This document shows, piece after piece, positions 1 to 15,238 of a stretch of 64,000 nucleotides of DNA; the stretch's first letter is position 1; every line of letters begins with the position of its first letter. The translations under genes were made by a program, and so were the position numbers. Below the pieces are notes generated by a model, which saw only the letters and a list, made by a program, of their open reading frames with translations, had not been told where the DNA came from and made no database searches. This stretch comes from Chrysomallon squamiferum (Eukaryota; Animalia; Mollusca), in NCBI GenBank assembly GCA_012295275.1, contig CM022666.1, positions 5,828,001 to 5,892,000 on the forward strand, written 5' to 3'.

Positions 1-1182
1 CACTGCGATATTATCCTTCTTTCATTCACTACCCCCTGGTTGTTACTGGGGTGGAGGAATGCAGAGAGAACGAAGGTAAAGGGTGTTTTTTCTCACAGCG
101 GTGCGGTAATAAGTGCAAAATGGAGTATTGCGTGAAGCTCGTATGTCTACATACAGACTCATTTGTATATCTGTAATTTATATATATATATCTACATACA
201 GATTCATTTGTATATGTGTATCTGTGTATATATATATATATATATATATAAAACACATACATCATGTACCCATATACACATGTATGCACAGATATGCACA
301 CACATTCATGTAAACAAATTAAATAAGTTAAATATATCATATATGTAATGTATGACTTAAAAACATGTATACCAACTATTTACATATTTAAACAAAAAAA
401 TATAAAATCAATAATTATATACTATCTCTCTCCACTATTTTCCCTTGCACCCCCCTATACATTGATAATTATATTCTCTCTCTCTCTTCTTATTTCACAC
501 ACACACTCAAACACTCACCTAGCCATGTCATATTCATGTACATTTACTTGAACCAACATATATATTTAAAAACTTGAAAGATGAATTATGAAAACATTCC
601 ATCTTAATAGAAAAAAAAAAGGTCTGTTTTTTATTTTTCTTCTTCATATTTTGAATATACAGCTTTCCAAAAGGTGTTAAAAAATTAGCCAAATCAAAGT
701 AGGGTTGCACTAACACTGAACTCAAAAAAATATTTTTCTCAACTGGAAAAGATCCACAGATAAGCAACCATCTGCTTGAAAAACATCATCATCTTCATCA
801 TCTTCATTGTTGTTGTCATTGTGGTATCACATGACACCAGCCTGGTACTACATAACATGCAACATGCACTTTAGATTCCTAGAGTGTTAAGTGGATGGAG
901 AGAAGAAGTGCAGAGGTTTTAATAAATAAATAAATAAATAAATAAATATTAAATAAATATTAAATAAATAAATAAATAAATAATTACAATAAATAAATAA
1001 ATAAATAAATAACAAAATAAATATCAAAATAAATAAATTGATAAATAAATAACAAGAATTTGAGTTCTGTTATTACGTAGCCTATGTACATCATTTGTAA
1101 TTGAAAGATATTTTTTCACACACATAGTAAATAATGATAATGCTCTATCAGTCTGTGATGGTTCCATTTCTAATTAAGAATC

Positions 1183-1185
<3 letters not shown>

Positions 1186-1250
<65 letters not shown>

Positions 1251-1303
1251 CTAAAAATCTTATCACTCATTTCTTTAATTCTTTTTAAAATATTTCTAGA
1301 ATG

Positions 1304-1355
<52 letters not shown>
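1186..1355. repeat. (CT)n and (CA)n microsatellites
   Basis: Perfect dinucleotide runs at ~1186-1247 and ~1306-1355. Confidence 0.95.
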
Positions 1356-1359
<4 letters not shown>

Positions 1360-1793
1360 CAAGAGAGAGAGAGAAAGAGAGAGTAAGAAATAGACAGAAA
1401 GATCTAATGTAATATTTATAATTTTAAACTAATTAAAATCCCAATATTATGATAATTTTAAAATTTGATATTTTATACATATACACATATATATATAGGT
1501 ATATATATATCAAACAAATAAATAAATCAATCAATCATACTAAATGCCAGAAATAAGGGAAGCTGTTCTGATTATAAAGATGTTGCTTTTTCTTTCTTCT
1601 TCATCTTCTTTTTTTTTTTTTTTTGCTCTTTTTTCCTGTTTTGCTTTTTTTTTTTCAGCTCATAAACCCAAGGAGATTTGATACAGTATGACAAGTCTGC
1701 AACTTTTTACAAACAGATGGCTTTTATCTCTCAGTTACAAAGCTTAACCAATAAACATTAACCAGTTCTTAAATATTTAACAAAAAAACAAAG

Positions 1794-1831
<38 letters not shown>

Positions 1832-1954
1832 AGAAGAAAGAAAATCCAAACAGAAAACATTTGAAAAATAAATCAGTATGTGTTTAAAAATACATAAGTG
1901 TTTTACATAGTGTTTTTACAGTATGTATGTATTAGATAATACTTAGAATATTTC

Positions 1955-2345
1955 AATGTATTCTATCACTTCTACAAAGTATGAAGGTATTATATCACTT
2001 CTACAATGTATAAAAGTGTTACATCACTTTTACAAAGTATAAAAGTATTATAGCATTTCTACAAAATATGAAGGTATTATATCACTTAAGCACAGTATAA
2101 TAGTGATATATCACTTCTACAATGTATAAAAGTGTTATATCGCTTTTACAAAGTATAAAAGTATTATATCACTCTACAAAGTATGAATTTATTGCATTAT
2201 TCAACAGAGTAATAATGTTTTATATCATTTCTGCAGTAGCATGACATATTTATTATATACTACAATGTATGAATATGTTACATTACTTGTACAAACTATG
2301 AAAGTATTGCATAAATGCATTAAATCACTTCTACAAAGTATAATT
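1955..2345. repeat. 29-bp minisatellite, ~13 degenerate copies
   Basis: Unit ~tatcacttctacaaagtatgaaggtatta; starts at 1964 and 1993 give a period of 29; copies decay toward the right. Confidence 0.85.
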
Positions 2346-3639
2346 ACATGAAAATTTTTACACTGTTATGTTAAAAAATGTTTCAAGTTTTCAAAGTACC
2401 TCTTTCATCACATAACAGTGATAATCTTAATTTAACCAAAAAGTAACAAAAATCCTAATACACTACACCACATTTTTTTTTTTTTTTTTAAAAGAAAGAA
2501 AGAAAGAAAGAAAAAAAAAAAAAGAAAAGAAAACCACATGGAGGTGATAAATATTCTGAAATTTATGTTCCCGTTTAGCTGACCGATAAACCATAATCAT
2601 TAACCACGCATTAGGGTAACATTTTTATCACTGCGCCAAAAAAAAAAAAAAAAAAGTGAAAATATTTACAAAAAATTATGTCTTGTTTAGAAAACCATTG
2701 TGTATTTAGCTTGACAGTTATTGCACCATTTGGTATTTGGTGCATTTGGCGTGAAGGAAAATATCCCATTGCCAAGAACAACGCAACAGAGAAGAAGCCT
2801 CACAGACCAGCAGGTTTTGGTTAGACTGGGTCTTGAGTTTACACTGCTGTACAGGAAAACTGGCTGGTAAAGAAATCAAATACTCCTCTACCGATGGTGA
2901 TATATTTGATTGCAATTTGTTTTACACCCTGTAGAAACATTTTCGGAGAGAAACTTTTCGGTGTGTAACTATGATTGTGATAAAGCAATTAAAACAAAAA
3001 AAAAAAAAAAAAAAAAAAAGAGAGAGAGAAAAAAAAATGGAAAATAGAAAAAGAAAAGGATTTGTTTGTGGATATGTAATTATGTGTGCGAGTGAGTGTA
3101 ACTTGTATGGTTGGGTATATGCTATCATGTTTTTGTACACACACACATATACAAATACATACAGTATTGTATATACATACATACATACACATGTACAAAC
3201 ATGCATGAATGGACACGCACACACGCATGCATGCATGTATACATACACTAACAAACTACCATTGAAGAACATATGGAAAAGCATTTTACTTCTTTTTTTT
3301 TTGTTACAAAGATAAAGAAAAAAAGAAAAGAAACTACAACAAAAAGACAGAAATACTGTAATTAAACATTATTCTTCTTCATTATCTTTATCATAACATA
3401 TTTATTTTCAAATTTTAAAAGAAAAACAATAAATTCAGCTGAGAAAAAAATTCACACAAAAGGTGCAATTTTCTACTGAGCAAAGTGAAAATCTGCAGAA
3501 CAAATCAGTGTTTGTCAATGTCTAGGCAAATAATTGTTTCTACACATTGATTGTTTTCCTTTTCATTTCTGAAGAAATTGTTGTTTTCCAAATTCCTACA
3601 GCATTCTGTTGAGTAAAGTCTCTCACTCTGTCTGCTTTG

Positions 3640-3869
3640 CTTTCTGTCTGTCCCTCTCTCTCACTCTTTTTCTCCCTTTTTCTCTCACTCTCTTTCTCCT
3701 CTTTCTCTCAGTCTCTTTCTTTCTCTCGCTCTTTCTTTCTTTTTCTCCCTTTTTCTTTCTTTTTCTCTTTTTTTTTTTTCTTTCTCTCTTTTCCTTCTCT
3801 TTTTCTTTCTCTTTCTCTCTTTTTCTCTTTCTTTCTCTTTCTCTCTCTCTTTTTCTTTCTCTTTTCTTT

Positions 3870-3931
<62 letters not shown>

Positions 3932-3938
3932 CTCTTCT
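3640..3938. repeat. ~300-bp almost pure polypyrimidine (C/T) tract ending in (CT)n
   Basis: Directly visible; it produces the spurious SLSL/RERE ORFs. Confidence 0.9.
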
Positions 3939-4773
3939 CATAACAACAATCTTCATTTACACTAACTTCTTTATAATGTTTCAAAATAAAAACTGTAAAA
4001 AATTAGTGATTTATTTGAACCAGTAATCTTTGTTTTCGTATTGTATACAATTCAAGGCTTTAATCTGATAAGCATTTTATGTAAATATTTCCATATAGAA
4101 TTCTTTTAAAATATGTCACTTGTGTGTTTCTATGCATGCATTCATTTTTGGATTAAATAAACAAGAAGCTGTATTCTATTTCTGATAATATATGTGTGTG
4201 TATGTTATATATTATATATGCCTATGATCATTTCAGGATTATGTAGCAAAAAAGATACATTCATTTTCGGATTATATACAAAAAATAAATTTTCCTTTTT
4301 TCCTTGTTGCAGAATATTCAGAAGAATGCAATGCCATATGAAAACGTGCATGTCAAATAAAAACATCAGGATAGTTATTTAGAAACTTTACCCAGGAGAA
4401 GAATTTTTTTTTTTTTTTTTTGTATGGAGATTGTGTGGTGTTTTTTTTTTTCCCAATCTGACAGCATATGGTTTGTTCAGTTCTTGTTGGAACCAAGTTC
4501 AGATTTTATCTTCAATGTACCCATTGTCAGTTTAATCGAAATTTAAGTGAGTGAGAATTTCATTTTTTTTTTTTTTTTTTATAAATCCATTTTTTGTTCT
4601 GTTTTTTTTTTTTTTTTAAATTATGTGTCATTGAGTTTATTTTCCTAAATGTAAAATCTTTAAATTAAATGTAAAATTAAAGTAACACAAAATAAATTTA
4701 ACTGAAATAATAAAAATAAAAATAAAAATAACAATAATAATAATAAAACAATAACAAGACAAAATATATATTA

Positions 4774-4807
<34 letters not shown>

Positions 4808-5369
4808 CCAACAATAACAATAATAAACAATAATACAAAAAATATATTAAATAATAAAAACAACAATAGCAATAATCCAAAAAAACTATTATTAAATAAT
4901 AACAACAATAATAACAATAACAATAGTACTAATAATACAAAAAAAAAAAGTAAATTAAAACAAAAAATCAAATACAACCAGAATAAATTCCACAACACAT
5001 CTATTCATCATTTAACATTTAACATTAAACAGCACAACACAACATAACACAATCCAAATTAATATTAACAAGAAACCCAACCAGACTTGAACTGGCATCA
5101 GTGTAAATAACATGAGGCAACAGAATGTCAAAAGCATGGTGAGGGAGGTGTTGCTTGTTGTTAATAAGAGTTAAGAGTTTATGTTGAGACTTGCAGATTG
5201 CACTCAACACTTTAATCGTGGATCATGATGTCAAAACACAAGTGCAACCTCAAGCAGCTAAAAATACATGTGAAGTGCAAGTCTACACTATAAATACACG
5301 AAAAGCAAGATGTGTTTTTTCATACTGTGTAACGTAAGAAGTTCTGTACAATTGTTAATATTGATGATG

Positions 5370-5445
<76 letters not shown>

Positions 5446-5562
5446 GGTTACTACTACTAATATTACCACCACCATTACCACCACTACTGCTACTACTAAT
5501 ACCAAACTACTACTACTAATAATACTGCTAATACCAAACTACTACTACTACTACTACTACTA
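5370..5562. repeat. (TAC)n trinucleotide microsatellite with degenerate extension
   Basis: Perfect run ~5370-5438, then mixed TAC/CAC units. Confidence 0.9.
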
Positions 5563-6522
5563 ATACTAAACATGCACATTATGAAAGAAAAGGAAAGAAC
5601 AGAAAGAAAGAAAGAGGAAAAATAAGACAGAAAGAAAAAAAAATAGAGGAAAAATAAGAAAAAGTGAAACTAAGACTGTATAAAAGAAAGATAAAGAAAA
5701 GTGAAAGAATAATGAAAAAAAACTAGAGCTGTGAAAGTGAAAGATAAAGAGAAATGAAAGAAGAATGAAAAACAAAAGCTGTGAGACAGACAGACAGATA
5801 AGGAAAAGTGAGAGAAAAAAGAAAAAACTAGAGATGTGAAAGAGAAAGATGAAGAAATACAACTACAGGGTATGTCTATGTCTATGTATATATATATATA
5901 TGTATATAAAACTAACAGCCTGCCGCCAATAATTCAAAAGTCTATCTTGGCCAGACATTTACGAGTGCACCTGGTTTACACATGTCGCTGCATCCTGTTG
6001 CTAACACACACAACTGATTCCAGAGAGCTCTCGCTTCCACATGGCCCCCTGCAACCAGCAATTGGCCAGGAACAAAAACAAACATTCTAATATGGCCGTA
6101 GATCATGTATTAGTTTGTGTTTGTTTTTACAACCTATTCAACAAGCCCCAAAAAATGTTTGTTGGGTTAAAAATGAAGAGCACGAGGTCCAGATTCCGTG
6201 TTTATGAAGATTATTTTTAATAATCCCCAGCGTGGGATATATGTGTATTTATTTATTTATTTATTTATTTATTTATTATTTCTTCTTCTTCTTTTGTCTT
6301 CTGAGGTGAAGTAAATATCAAAGCTGGTAGGGGTTTATAATTTAACATTGTTTATTTTATGAGACTGGACTTTTAATCACATCTGAATTTATGAAAACAT
6401 ATCCTTAGAGGAATCAGTGAAGAATTTTAATAGAAATAAAATATATTCTGCTTTTAGACAACTAACTCCTTCATGTGTGTATGTGTGGTGTATGTGTGTG
6501 TATGTGTGGTGTGTGTATGTGT

Positions 6523-6559
<37 letters not shown>

Positions 6560-7150
6560 TATAGCTAACATGAATACAACAATGTTCCATCCTAACTGAA
6601 ATATTAAGTGATTTCCTTGTTTTTTTACTGTTATACTTTATTATTAACAAAGAGTTGCCACCACAAATTAAATAAAACTCATTGAAAATATACTAAATGT
6701 ACCATAACGATACATTTTTAAATAAACAAACAAACAAACAAACAAACAAACAAACAAACAAACAAAACAGTGATTGAAGTACACAAAATATATTAGAGCA
6801 TTTTGCACTATCACAAATAACTTCAACAAGAAAGAACTAAAATAATAACTTGAGAGGGGGGGGAATAAGAAAGAAATATAAAAGATGTATTTACACAAAA
6901 GGCGTGCTTGAAAAGCAGGTGTTTAATTCTTGTAACTGTAGGTAGTCAGATCAAAACAGACTCTGTAAATTCAGACCAGTGAATTCAATGTTTTGTAGTA
7001 CTAAATAAATTTAATGCTTTATGCAACAGAACAGAACTGGAGAAGTAGCAGCAATAAACTTCAAAGAAGAAGATACACAAACAGCTGGAAATAGCTACAG
7101 ATTTTACTTCTAAACATCATATGGGAGGGAGACTAGGGATTTTTTTTTTT

Positions 7151-7188
<38 letters not shown>

Positions 7189-8224
7189 CCATAATTTTTA
7201 ATGAAAAAGTAGTCAAATTTGCTGAAGAATTCAGAAATAGGATGTATGAAAATGTACTTTTAAGATCATGTTAAATTTTCCATTACCAGTATCTAGATAT
7301 CAGATTGCCATATCAAAATGTACCTGCAAGTCAAATCAAATTTGCCATGCTTTTAAGTTTAGAATTTAGATTCACAGTTTGAAAGATAATCTTTAATTCA
7401 GTATATTTGCCGTTTATAAAATATATTAACAAACAACAAAGAAACAAATTTGCTTTAATTAAACCCAAAATAATAATAATAAATTAAGAATAATTAAAAC
7501 TTTTATTTCTTAATAATAAAATATACTATAAATAATAAAAAATATACTATTTTTCTTTTTCATTTATTTATTTTTTTTTTTTTTTTTACATTATTTTCCT
7601 TTTTATTCTTTTTTTTTAATTATTCAAAACCATTCTCTCCCAATAAAATTAACTTCAGTAATTTTATTTCTTTTCTCTGTTTTCAATCCTTCATTCCATT
7701 TCGTCTACATTAAAAAAAAAGCTGTTAACTGGAAGCATTAATTAATATTCATCTTCCCAAACTCTGAGAGACTGACATCAACTTGCAATCACTTAGAGAC
7801 TCTGATGACCCATTTCAGTTAATTACAACTAACACCTGATGAAAAAGGCCACAGACTGGACAATATAATGATGACTGGACATGACTGGACACCGGAGCCA
7901 AAGAATGGACTACATAATCAATGAATGTACATCACAGCCTCGAGAATGGACACAAAATCTCCTGTCTGGACATAATGTCCACTGACTGGACATCATAAAC
8001 AGATTCCGCAGTACATGTCCAGTCTCTGGTCAGCAACAAAGACAGAAATTAATTTACAGCTGAAGTGACCACAGAGCTGTCACCAGCATCCTGAGGTCAG
8101 ACGATAAATGATGTGAAATTCTAGGAAAAGCTCTTTGCTGATAGAATAGTTGGATATTTAAATAAAAATAAATAAATAAATAAATAAAAATGAAATTATT
8201 TTAAATGAAGTCTGGTTGTGTGTA

Positions 8225-8257
<33 letters not shown>

Positions 8258-8584
8258 TTAAATTATCCATCAGAATCCTTTTTCCTGCTTCCATTTTTCA
8301 CAGTAAATCCAAACAGCTAGATCTTTTAAGTCCATAACATATTTTCCTATTGTTTGTTACTTTCATTAAATTAGGTGTTACTCTCACCAAAGTGGAGAAT
8401 TATTCTCATTAACCAGAATGGTTGAGTTTTCTCTCAAAGTAGAGACAATTCTTATCAGCAGAGGAAAAATTCAAAATAGGGGTTACCCTCTTTAATGAAA
8501 TGGTTGCTCTAACTATACCTGGGGTTACCCTCATTATACAGATTCATATTTAGTCTACTTATGAGATAATAAGCATAGAGCAAT

Positions 8585-8772
8585 TTGAACAGTGCCATAT
8601 ATGGTATTATAAAGAATGCCATATATATGAAAATGCAATCAGTGCCATAATATGGCAGTATAAAACAGTGCCATATTTAGCTATATAAACAGTGCTATAT
8701 GTAGCTGTTTAAACAGTGCTTGTGTATGGCAGAATAAACAGTGCTATATACTGCAGAATAAAAAGTGCCAAA
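8585..8772. repeat. Degenerate ~23-bp tandem repeat (aaacagtgccatat...) just inside the intron after the exon-4 donor
   Basis: Recurring acagtgccatat/acagtgctatat, about 8 times. Confidence 0.7.
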
Positions 8773-8887
8773 TGTTTGTAGCACTACTATCAGCTCCTTG
8801 AAGTATCTGTATTACAAATAAACAAATAAATAAACAAACAAACAAACAAGCAAACAAACAAACAAACAAATAAATATTTTTACTTAC

Positions 8888-9053
8888 CAATATACTCATT
8901 CCAGGCTGTGTTGAGCTCTGCATGGTAAGCCAGACATCCCTTCATCGTGTTCAAACAGTAGTTGTTGCATGGCTTCGTCTGCGTCAGACCCCTACAGTGG
9001 GGACAATACATCATCCGCATCAACGCCCTAATACACTGTTCTGAGCTTGGAAT
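8888..9053 (-). CDS. GPC6: Glypican (GPC4/6-like), internal coding exon equivalent to exon 4 (not in the ORF track)
   Basis: Minus strand reads ttttctcag|ATT CCA...TAT ATT G|gtaagt; 166 bp, phase 0/1. Translation: [55 protein letters not shown], containing the glypican Cys cluster C...YCxxC...KPCxxYCxNxMKGC. Confidence 0.96.
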
Positions 9054-9149
9054 CTGAGAAAAAAGACAAAAACAAGACGATGTTGTGTAACATTATCTGA
9101 TTACTGATAGAAATAAAAAAACAGTTCTTGTGTTTGTAACTGCTATCAG

Positions 9150-9169
9150 AATGTATGTGTGTGTGTGTT

Positions 9170-9215
<46 letters not shown>

Positions 9216-9334
9216 GACAGTTGGATGTCTATGTGAGAAAAAGAAAGAGAAAGAGTGAGGGAGTGAGAGAATGAAAGAGTGAGAAAGAAAGAGTAAGTGA
9301 GAAATAGTGAGAAAAGAGAGAGAAAGTGAAAGAG

Positions 9335-9407
<73 letters not shown>
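9150..9407. repeat. (TG)n followed by a purine-rich tract and (GA)n
   Basis: Directly visible. Confidence 0.9.
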
Positions 9408-9412
<5 letters not shown>

Positions 9413-9799
9413 AATATATCTAATTAAAACAATTTTTTTTGCTGAATCCATTTTCATTCTGACTGCTCATCAAAAAAAGACTATTAAAGCAGAATTTCTA
9501 AAAATGCCAAGCAATGAAATGAATCAGTTATTTATTGCAGTAGAGCAACCAGGGTTAGATTTTTAATTTTTATTGCTGATGCTATGATAAATGTCAGTTC
9601 TGTGTAGAACAGAAATCAATATATTTATACAGTATATTTTTCATCTCCTTTTTGTCTGACATATAGAATCTAAACAAACCTGTGTACTTTAAAGAAGAAC
9701 AAGAAAAAAGGTCTGAGTACCATGTAATATTTCTCTGTGTGTTTGTCTGTCTGTATGTGTTTGTGTGTATGTGTGTGTGTAAATAAACATTTATAACAG

Positions 9800-9808
9800 A
9801 TCTGTCTG

Positions 9809-9861
<53 letters not shown>

Positions 9862-9996
9862 ATATATATATATATATATATTACTGATTAGCAAAAAGTT
9901 GTTTGTTTCTACGTTCCTTCCCACAAACAGTAAGAAAAGCTATGGCATTTGGGTAAAATAAGGAAAAACAAATGAATATATTTATGCATGCAAGTG

Positions 9997-10068
<72 letters not shown>

Positions 10069-10075
10069 CACACAC
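9800..10075. repeat. Compound (TCTA)n(TA)n microsatellite and nearby (CA)n
   Basis: Directly visible at ~9802-9880 and ~9997-10065. Confidence 0.9.
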
Positions 10076-12894
10076 TAATTAACAAATAATGCTTGTATTA
10101 TGTACACATCCATCTTTCTCTTTCCCACTAATGGAAAAACTGTTACTTCATGTTGGCTGACGGAATGACAAAGCAGTGGACAAGGTCAAATTTGCGAGGG
10201 AATTAATTAGCAAAGAGAGGTAATTACTCGACAAACTTATTACCATCCATCTCACTTAAACTGAAATGACTGAATATTAACACCTGTTCAGGGGCAGATA
10301 ACTGGACATGGGTAATGATTCAATTAAACATGAAAGCATTCAGATGGACATCAAATGGACATCAAAAACCACTTAGATTCTCCTGACCACTGTCACATCC
10401 ACATTTCACTAACTGGAAATAAAAGAAGCTAATTTCATTACTGGATGTTCTGCCAGATGAAAACTGTTTGATCTTTCTTAGGTGATGAGTTTTATATTTC
10501 CCATTCTAACCCATTATTTTCCTTTCCAATTGATTAGATGGACAGATAAGAAGGAATGTTTTTAAAAAATGTGATTTTAAAGTTACCTATTAGTAATAAC
10601 AATAACAATAACAATAACAATAATAACAATAACAATAATAATGATAGGATTAATAACAATAACAATAATAATAATTAAGAGAAAGAAAGAAAGTATATAT
10701 ATTTATATAAAAAATATAAAAATTAAGGAATTAACAGCTGTCTTTTAATAAGAATACTAGCATGATCAACAATAATCAAAAACATGATCAAAAACAATTT
10801 TAAAAATAAATGAATAATAATAACAATAATAATAATAATAATAATTTTTTAAATATAATAACAATAACAATAAAAAATAATATAACAGCAACAATAACAA
10901 AAACAATAATAATAATAATAATAACAATAATAATAATAATAAAAATATTAAAAAACAAAAACAAAAAAGAAAAAAGAAAAAAAAATTAGTAAAAAGAAAG
11001 AGGTATATTCTAATTTTCTAAAAACAGAAACTTCATTCACTAACAATAACAACAGGGTGTAATTTGAAGTAAGCCAGGTCTCACACCACGGTTTACGTTT
11101 CCTGCAAACAAGGAGGGATCTGGCAGTGCACCATAAATTACTTGCACGTGGCTAGTGCTCCTTGCCCCAAGTTTTACTGCCATACAATGTTGTGACCTGG
11201 CAAAATGGCAGCACTTCACCTGTGTGGAGGGTCCAACAGTAAAAATATTTCAAGCAGGCTTTTAAAAGATCTCAATACCGTTTTTATTTTATTTTATTCT
11301 CCATAGAAAAGTAATGAAGTTACAGACAAATAAATAATGCCGGATTTCGGCACACTCTAGATTTTCGTGAATTGCTCCAGAATATTTATGGCTGATGTTG
11401 TATATAAAGAAAAAGGAAGCTGTCATTATTATTGTTATAAATGAAGGGGTTTTTATTTGCACTGCAGAACAAGGGATTGTCAACTAATGGGCTGAAGTAT
11501 ATAAAATATTATGTTGTATCGAATAACATACACATATATCATATACCGTTTTATACCACATTATAACATAAATCATATCGGTTGTTGAATCATATTATTA
11601 TCATTATTAATTATATAATTACCAGTAATAATCATCATCTTAATCATTATTATTATTAACAAAATCAATCTATCAATCAGTATGTCATTCAAGTATTTTA
11701 GCTATAAATTGCTGGTCACAGATTTCTTTATAATACTTCATAATCAAATTCACTGCTACCACTCAACTTTTAATTCAATTTTATTCAATTTTATTCACTT
11801 TTATGTATAACGTCAAGCATACCTGAGCAGCATCAAGATTTAAACTTTTGAAGTTAACAAATGAAGTTTTGTTATATAAATGTATTGTGTATAATGTGAA
11901 GCATATCTGACCAACATCTCGATTTAAACTTTTAAAGGTTAAAATTGTTTTGTTAAGCCCCAATAAAAAATACAGGTGAGCTAGCTGCTGAACTAAGCTG
12001 CAGGCTCCTGGTGAACAGTAATTATGACAAAAGAAGTTTCTGTGATGTAACAGTTAATCAGATGATTACAGAACAACTCTTGTTAGGTAACAGGAAAGAT
12101 TTACAAGGTAGAAAAAATGGATCATTAACCTGAGAAAGAGAGGTGTGAAATGTTTTGCCTTTAAAAAAGTTAAAAAAATAATCATCATCATTATTACCAT
12201 AATAATAATAATAAATAAATAAATATTTAAATAATAATAAAAATATAATAATAAATAAATAAATAAAAATTAAAATAAATAATAACAATAACAGTAATAA
12301 TAATAATAAATAAAATCTGCATTTCAAAATCTTCTAAGATTATCCATTAGTGCAGCATTGTAGAACAAAGGTTGTTTTGATATCCAAGCATTAAAAAAAC
12401 AAAAACAATAATTAGAAAAAAAAAAAAAAAAAAAAAAAAATAAACTACCAGTAGAATACAATGAATAAAAAATCCAATTCAATGAATAAAAAATCCAAGT
12501 CAAAATAAGGTAAACCATAAATGATTGTCATAGTCCATGAAATGCAAACAACTGAACTGGAAAACCTGGTAATAAGCTATTTGCTTACATCCATAATCTT
12601 AGCTTGATACATCAGATCCAATTAATTTTTTTGAGAAAGTGTCAGAAACATTCATTCATTCTATGATCTGGGTCAATATTCTTAATGAAAATGGGTGAAA
12701 TAATTATTGACACATTATCATAATTTAAATATTACCTAAGAGGAAGTACAAAGAAATTAATATACTCAAGGAAGGAAGAAGAAGAAGAAGAAGAAGAAAA
12801 AAAATAGACTTAAGACCTTTACAGAAGTGTACTGTTAACAAACAGCAACATAACCAAGAAACTAGAAAATAATCAAAGCTCTTTGAAAAGAAAA

Positions 12895-13580
12895 ATATAA
12901 AAGAAACTGTGCTTTGAGACCTTCAGGAATCCAGCAGCATGCCAAAAGTAATATAACCTACTGTTATCATCGAGGTGCGCCTGAGAGAGGGAAATAAAAA
13001 CTGTGGATTGAGACCTCCACAGATCTGACACAAACAACTGTCCATGCCAAAACATAACTTTAACAACAAGTAATTGTATTCAAAATGTGACTGGGAGACA
13101 AAATAAAAACTGTGGATTGAGACCTCCACAGATCTGACAGAAACAACTGTCCATGCCAAAACATAACTTTAACAACAAGTAACTGTAATCAAAATGTGAC
13201 TGGGAGACAGAAATAAAAACTGTGAATTGAGACCTCCACAGATCGAAACAAAAACAGCTGTGTCAAAGATGACACTGACAACAATTAAATGTGTCTGGGA
13301 AAAGGGAACTAATATCCACAAGATCAGACCTCCACTCACAAATGCCAATGCCAAAAGGTAACAAGAACTGTAAAATAAATATATGTGTGTAATCAGAATG
13401 AGTCTAGGTGAGGGAAACAAAATCTATGAATTGAGACCCCCACTGGAAGAACCACACTGTCCATGCCAAAAGGCAACGTTAACAATAAATAACTGTAATC
13501 ATTTAAGTGTGACTGGGAGGGTGAAAAATAAAAACTTGTGGGTTGAGACCCTCTTGGAGAAACACAATTAAGGATTGAGA
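12895..13580. repeat. ~110-bp tandem repeat, ~6-7 copies (2.5 near-identical, flanks diverged)
   Basis: aaataaaaactgtggattgagacctccacagatc...ccatgccaaaa...gtgactgggag at ~12992, 13101 and 13211; diverged copies lie on both sides. Confidence 0.88.
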
Positions 13581-15198
13581 GAGATTATCAGTGTCAAAAG
13601 GAGGTGTAACAATGAAGTTGAATCCAGCAACTCTGACCAGGCAGTCACAAGACTGTAACAAAGTCATAACCACGATGGACAACTCAATTTACAAACACTG
13701 GTGCTCTCCAGACAATGGAGGGAGTCAAGAAGGAACAACAATGGCGGGAGTGTAAGAAGGGGGGCTGCAAGCTGGTTACTAAGTAACACCTTTACATAAT
13801 GGAGGAGAAAAGGGTTTTGAAAGATGACTGACAGCTTCATTAAAGGAGGTTTTGTCGTGGGAACTGAAGGGTTAATGGTGTTACGACATCATTTAGATTT
13901 GTGGCTTTAGTGGAATTAAAACCAGACCTGGCTGAATGAAAGGCAGCCTAACCCGAATTAAAGCAAGACTGAAACTTCAAAACAAGGTGTCAGAAATGAT
14001 TTCAGCTGGCACTATTGACTCAACATTTAATTAGAAGAATCTGATGGGAGGGGGTGGGGGAAACTAGAGAAAGATGATCAGTTTTGAAGTAATTTTGTTA
14101 AAATGTTTCTAAAAAGTGGTGTCTTCTTGTGTACAAATTATTGAAATATCTTGGCCAAGACCCTGGCAAGTTGAAAAATAAAACAGTTAATTTCATTTCA
14201 TTTTTTTTTTTAAATTAATATTTAGGAGTGCATGATGAAAGTAAAAACTGGTTACTGTCTTAGGATATCAGCTCTATCTTGCACAGGTCAAATATATATC
14301 TATATATATCTTATATTCTTATTAATTTTAAATTTATCTAATGAGATTAGAGTTTTCTTTTTCAGACACACACAAAGATTTTTAGTGTTTCGGTATTAAA
14401 AATAATGAGTAATGGATTTTGGGTAATATAATAAATTATAAAATAATTTATCACTTTCAAGCTGAGGTCTGGATGATTTATGAAATGACTTGATGATAAA
14501 TTTTTTTTATTTTATTACAATTTTCTTTAAAAATAAAATAAAAAAGGAATGAAAAAATACAAATAAAAAAACCTAAAAAAAACTTTAAAATTCAGTTTTA
14601 TCAGTTCAAAATAAGAATAATAAGAATAATAATATAAATAATAATAATAATAATAACAGTAATAAATATTATAACAATAATAATAACAGTAATAATAAGA
14701 AGAACAATAATAATAATATTTGTAACAGCAGCAGAAGCATATTAATGATATAATAAAAAATAAAATATACACAAAAAATAAAAAATAAACGTTTTGAAGA
14801 ATAAAAGCCAGTTACCATGTACACAAATGTTCTAGGAAGAACACATGCCATGGAGAACATAAATTTGTTCTTTTGTTTGACAGAGCAAATATCAGCAATA
14901 CTGGCAGTGAACAAACATTATCATGTAAAAGTGAAATCAAAAAACATGTTTAATGATAACCTGCCAAATGTTATTCTATTAATCTTGTTTTTGTTTAATA
15001 TTATTATAATTATAATTATTACTGTTGTTGTAATTATTATTATTACTGCTGTTGTTATTATTATTATTGTTATTATTATTATTCCTATTACTGATCTTAC
15101 TATTATTATTAATGCTAGAAACATAATTTTCCATTTAAATAAACAGTAATTGAAAAAATATCTTGAATATAAAATTGATTACTTAAATTAATGTGCGT

Positions 15199-15238
<40 letters not shown>

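Noticed and set aside
3609-4026. ORFs rich in SLSL, RERE, CVCV, THTH, poly-L/I/K here and across the window
   Set aside because: They are translations of microsatellites and homopolymers.
1-8887. Glypican exon 5 (EGPFNIE-like)
   Set aside because: No matching minus-strand sequence was seen; it probably lies to the left of the window.
11800-11960. Two diverged ~88-bp direct copies
   Set aside because: An old local duplication; the 60-aa ORF with an internal repeat is a by-product.
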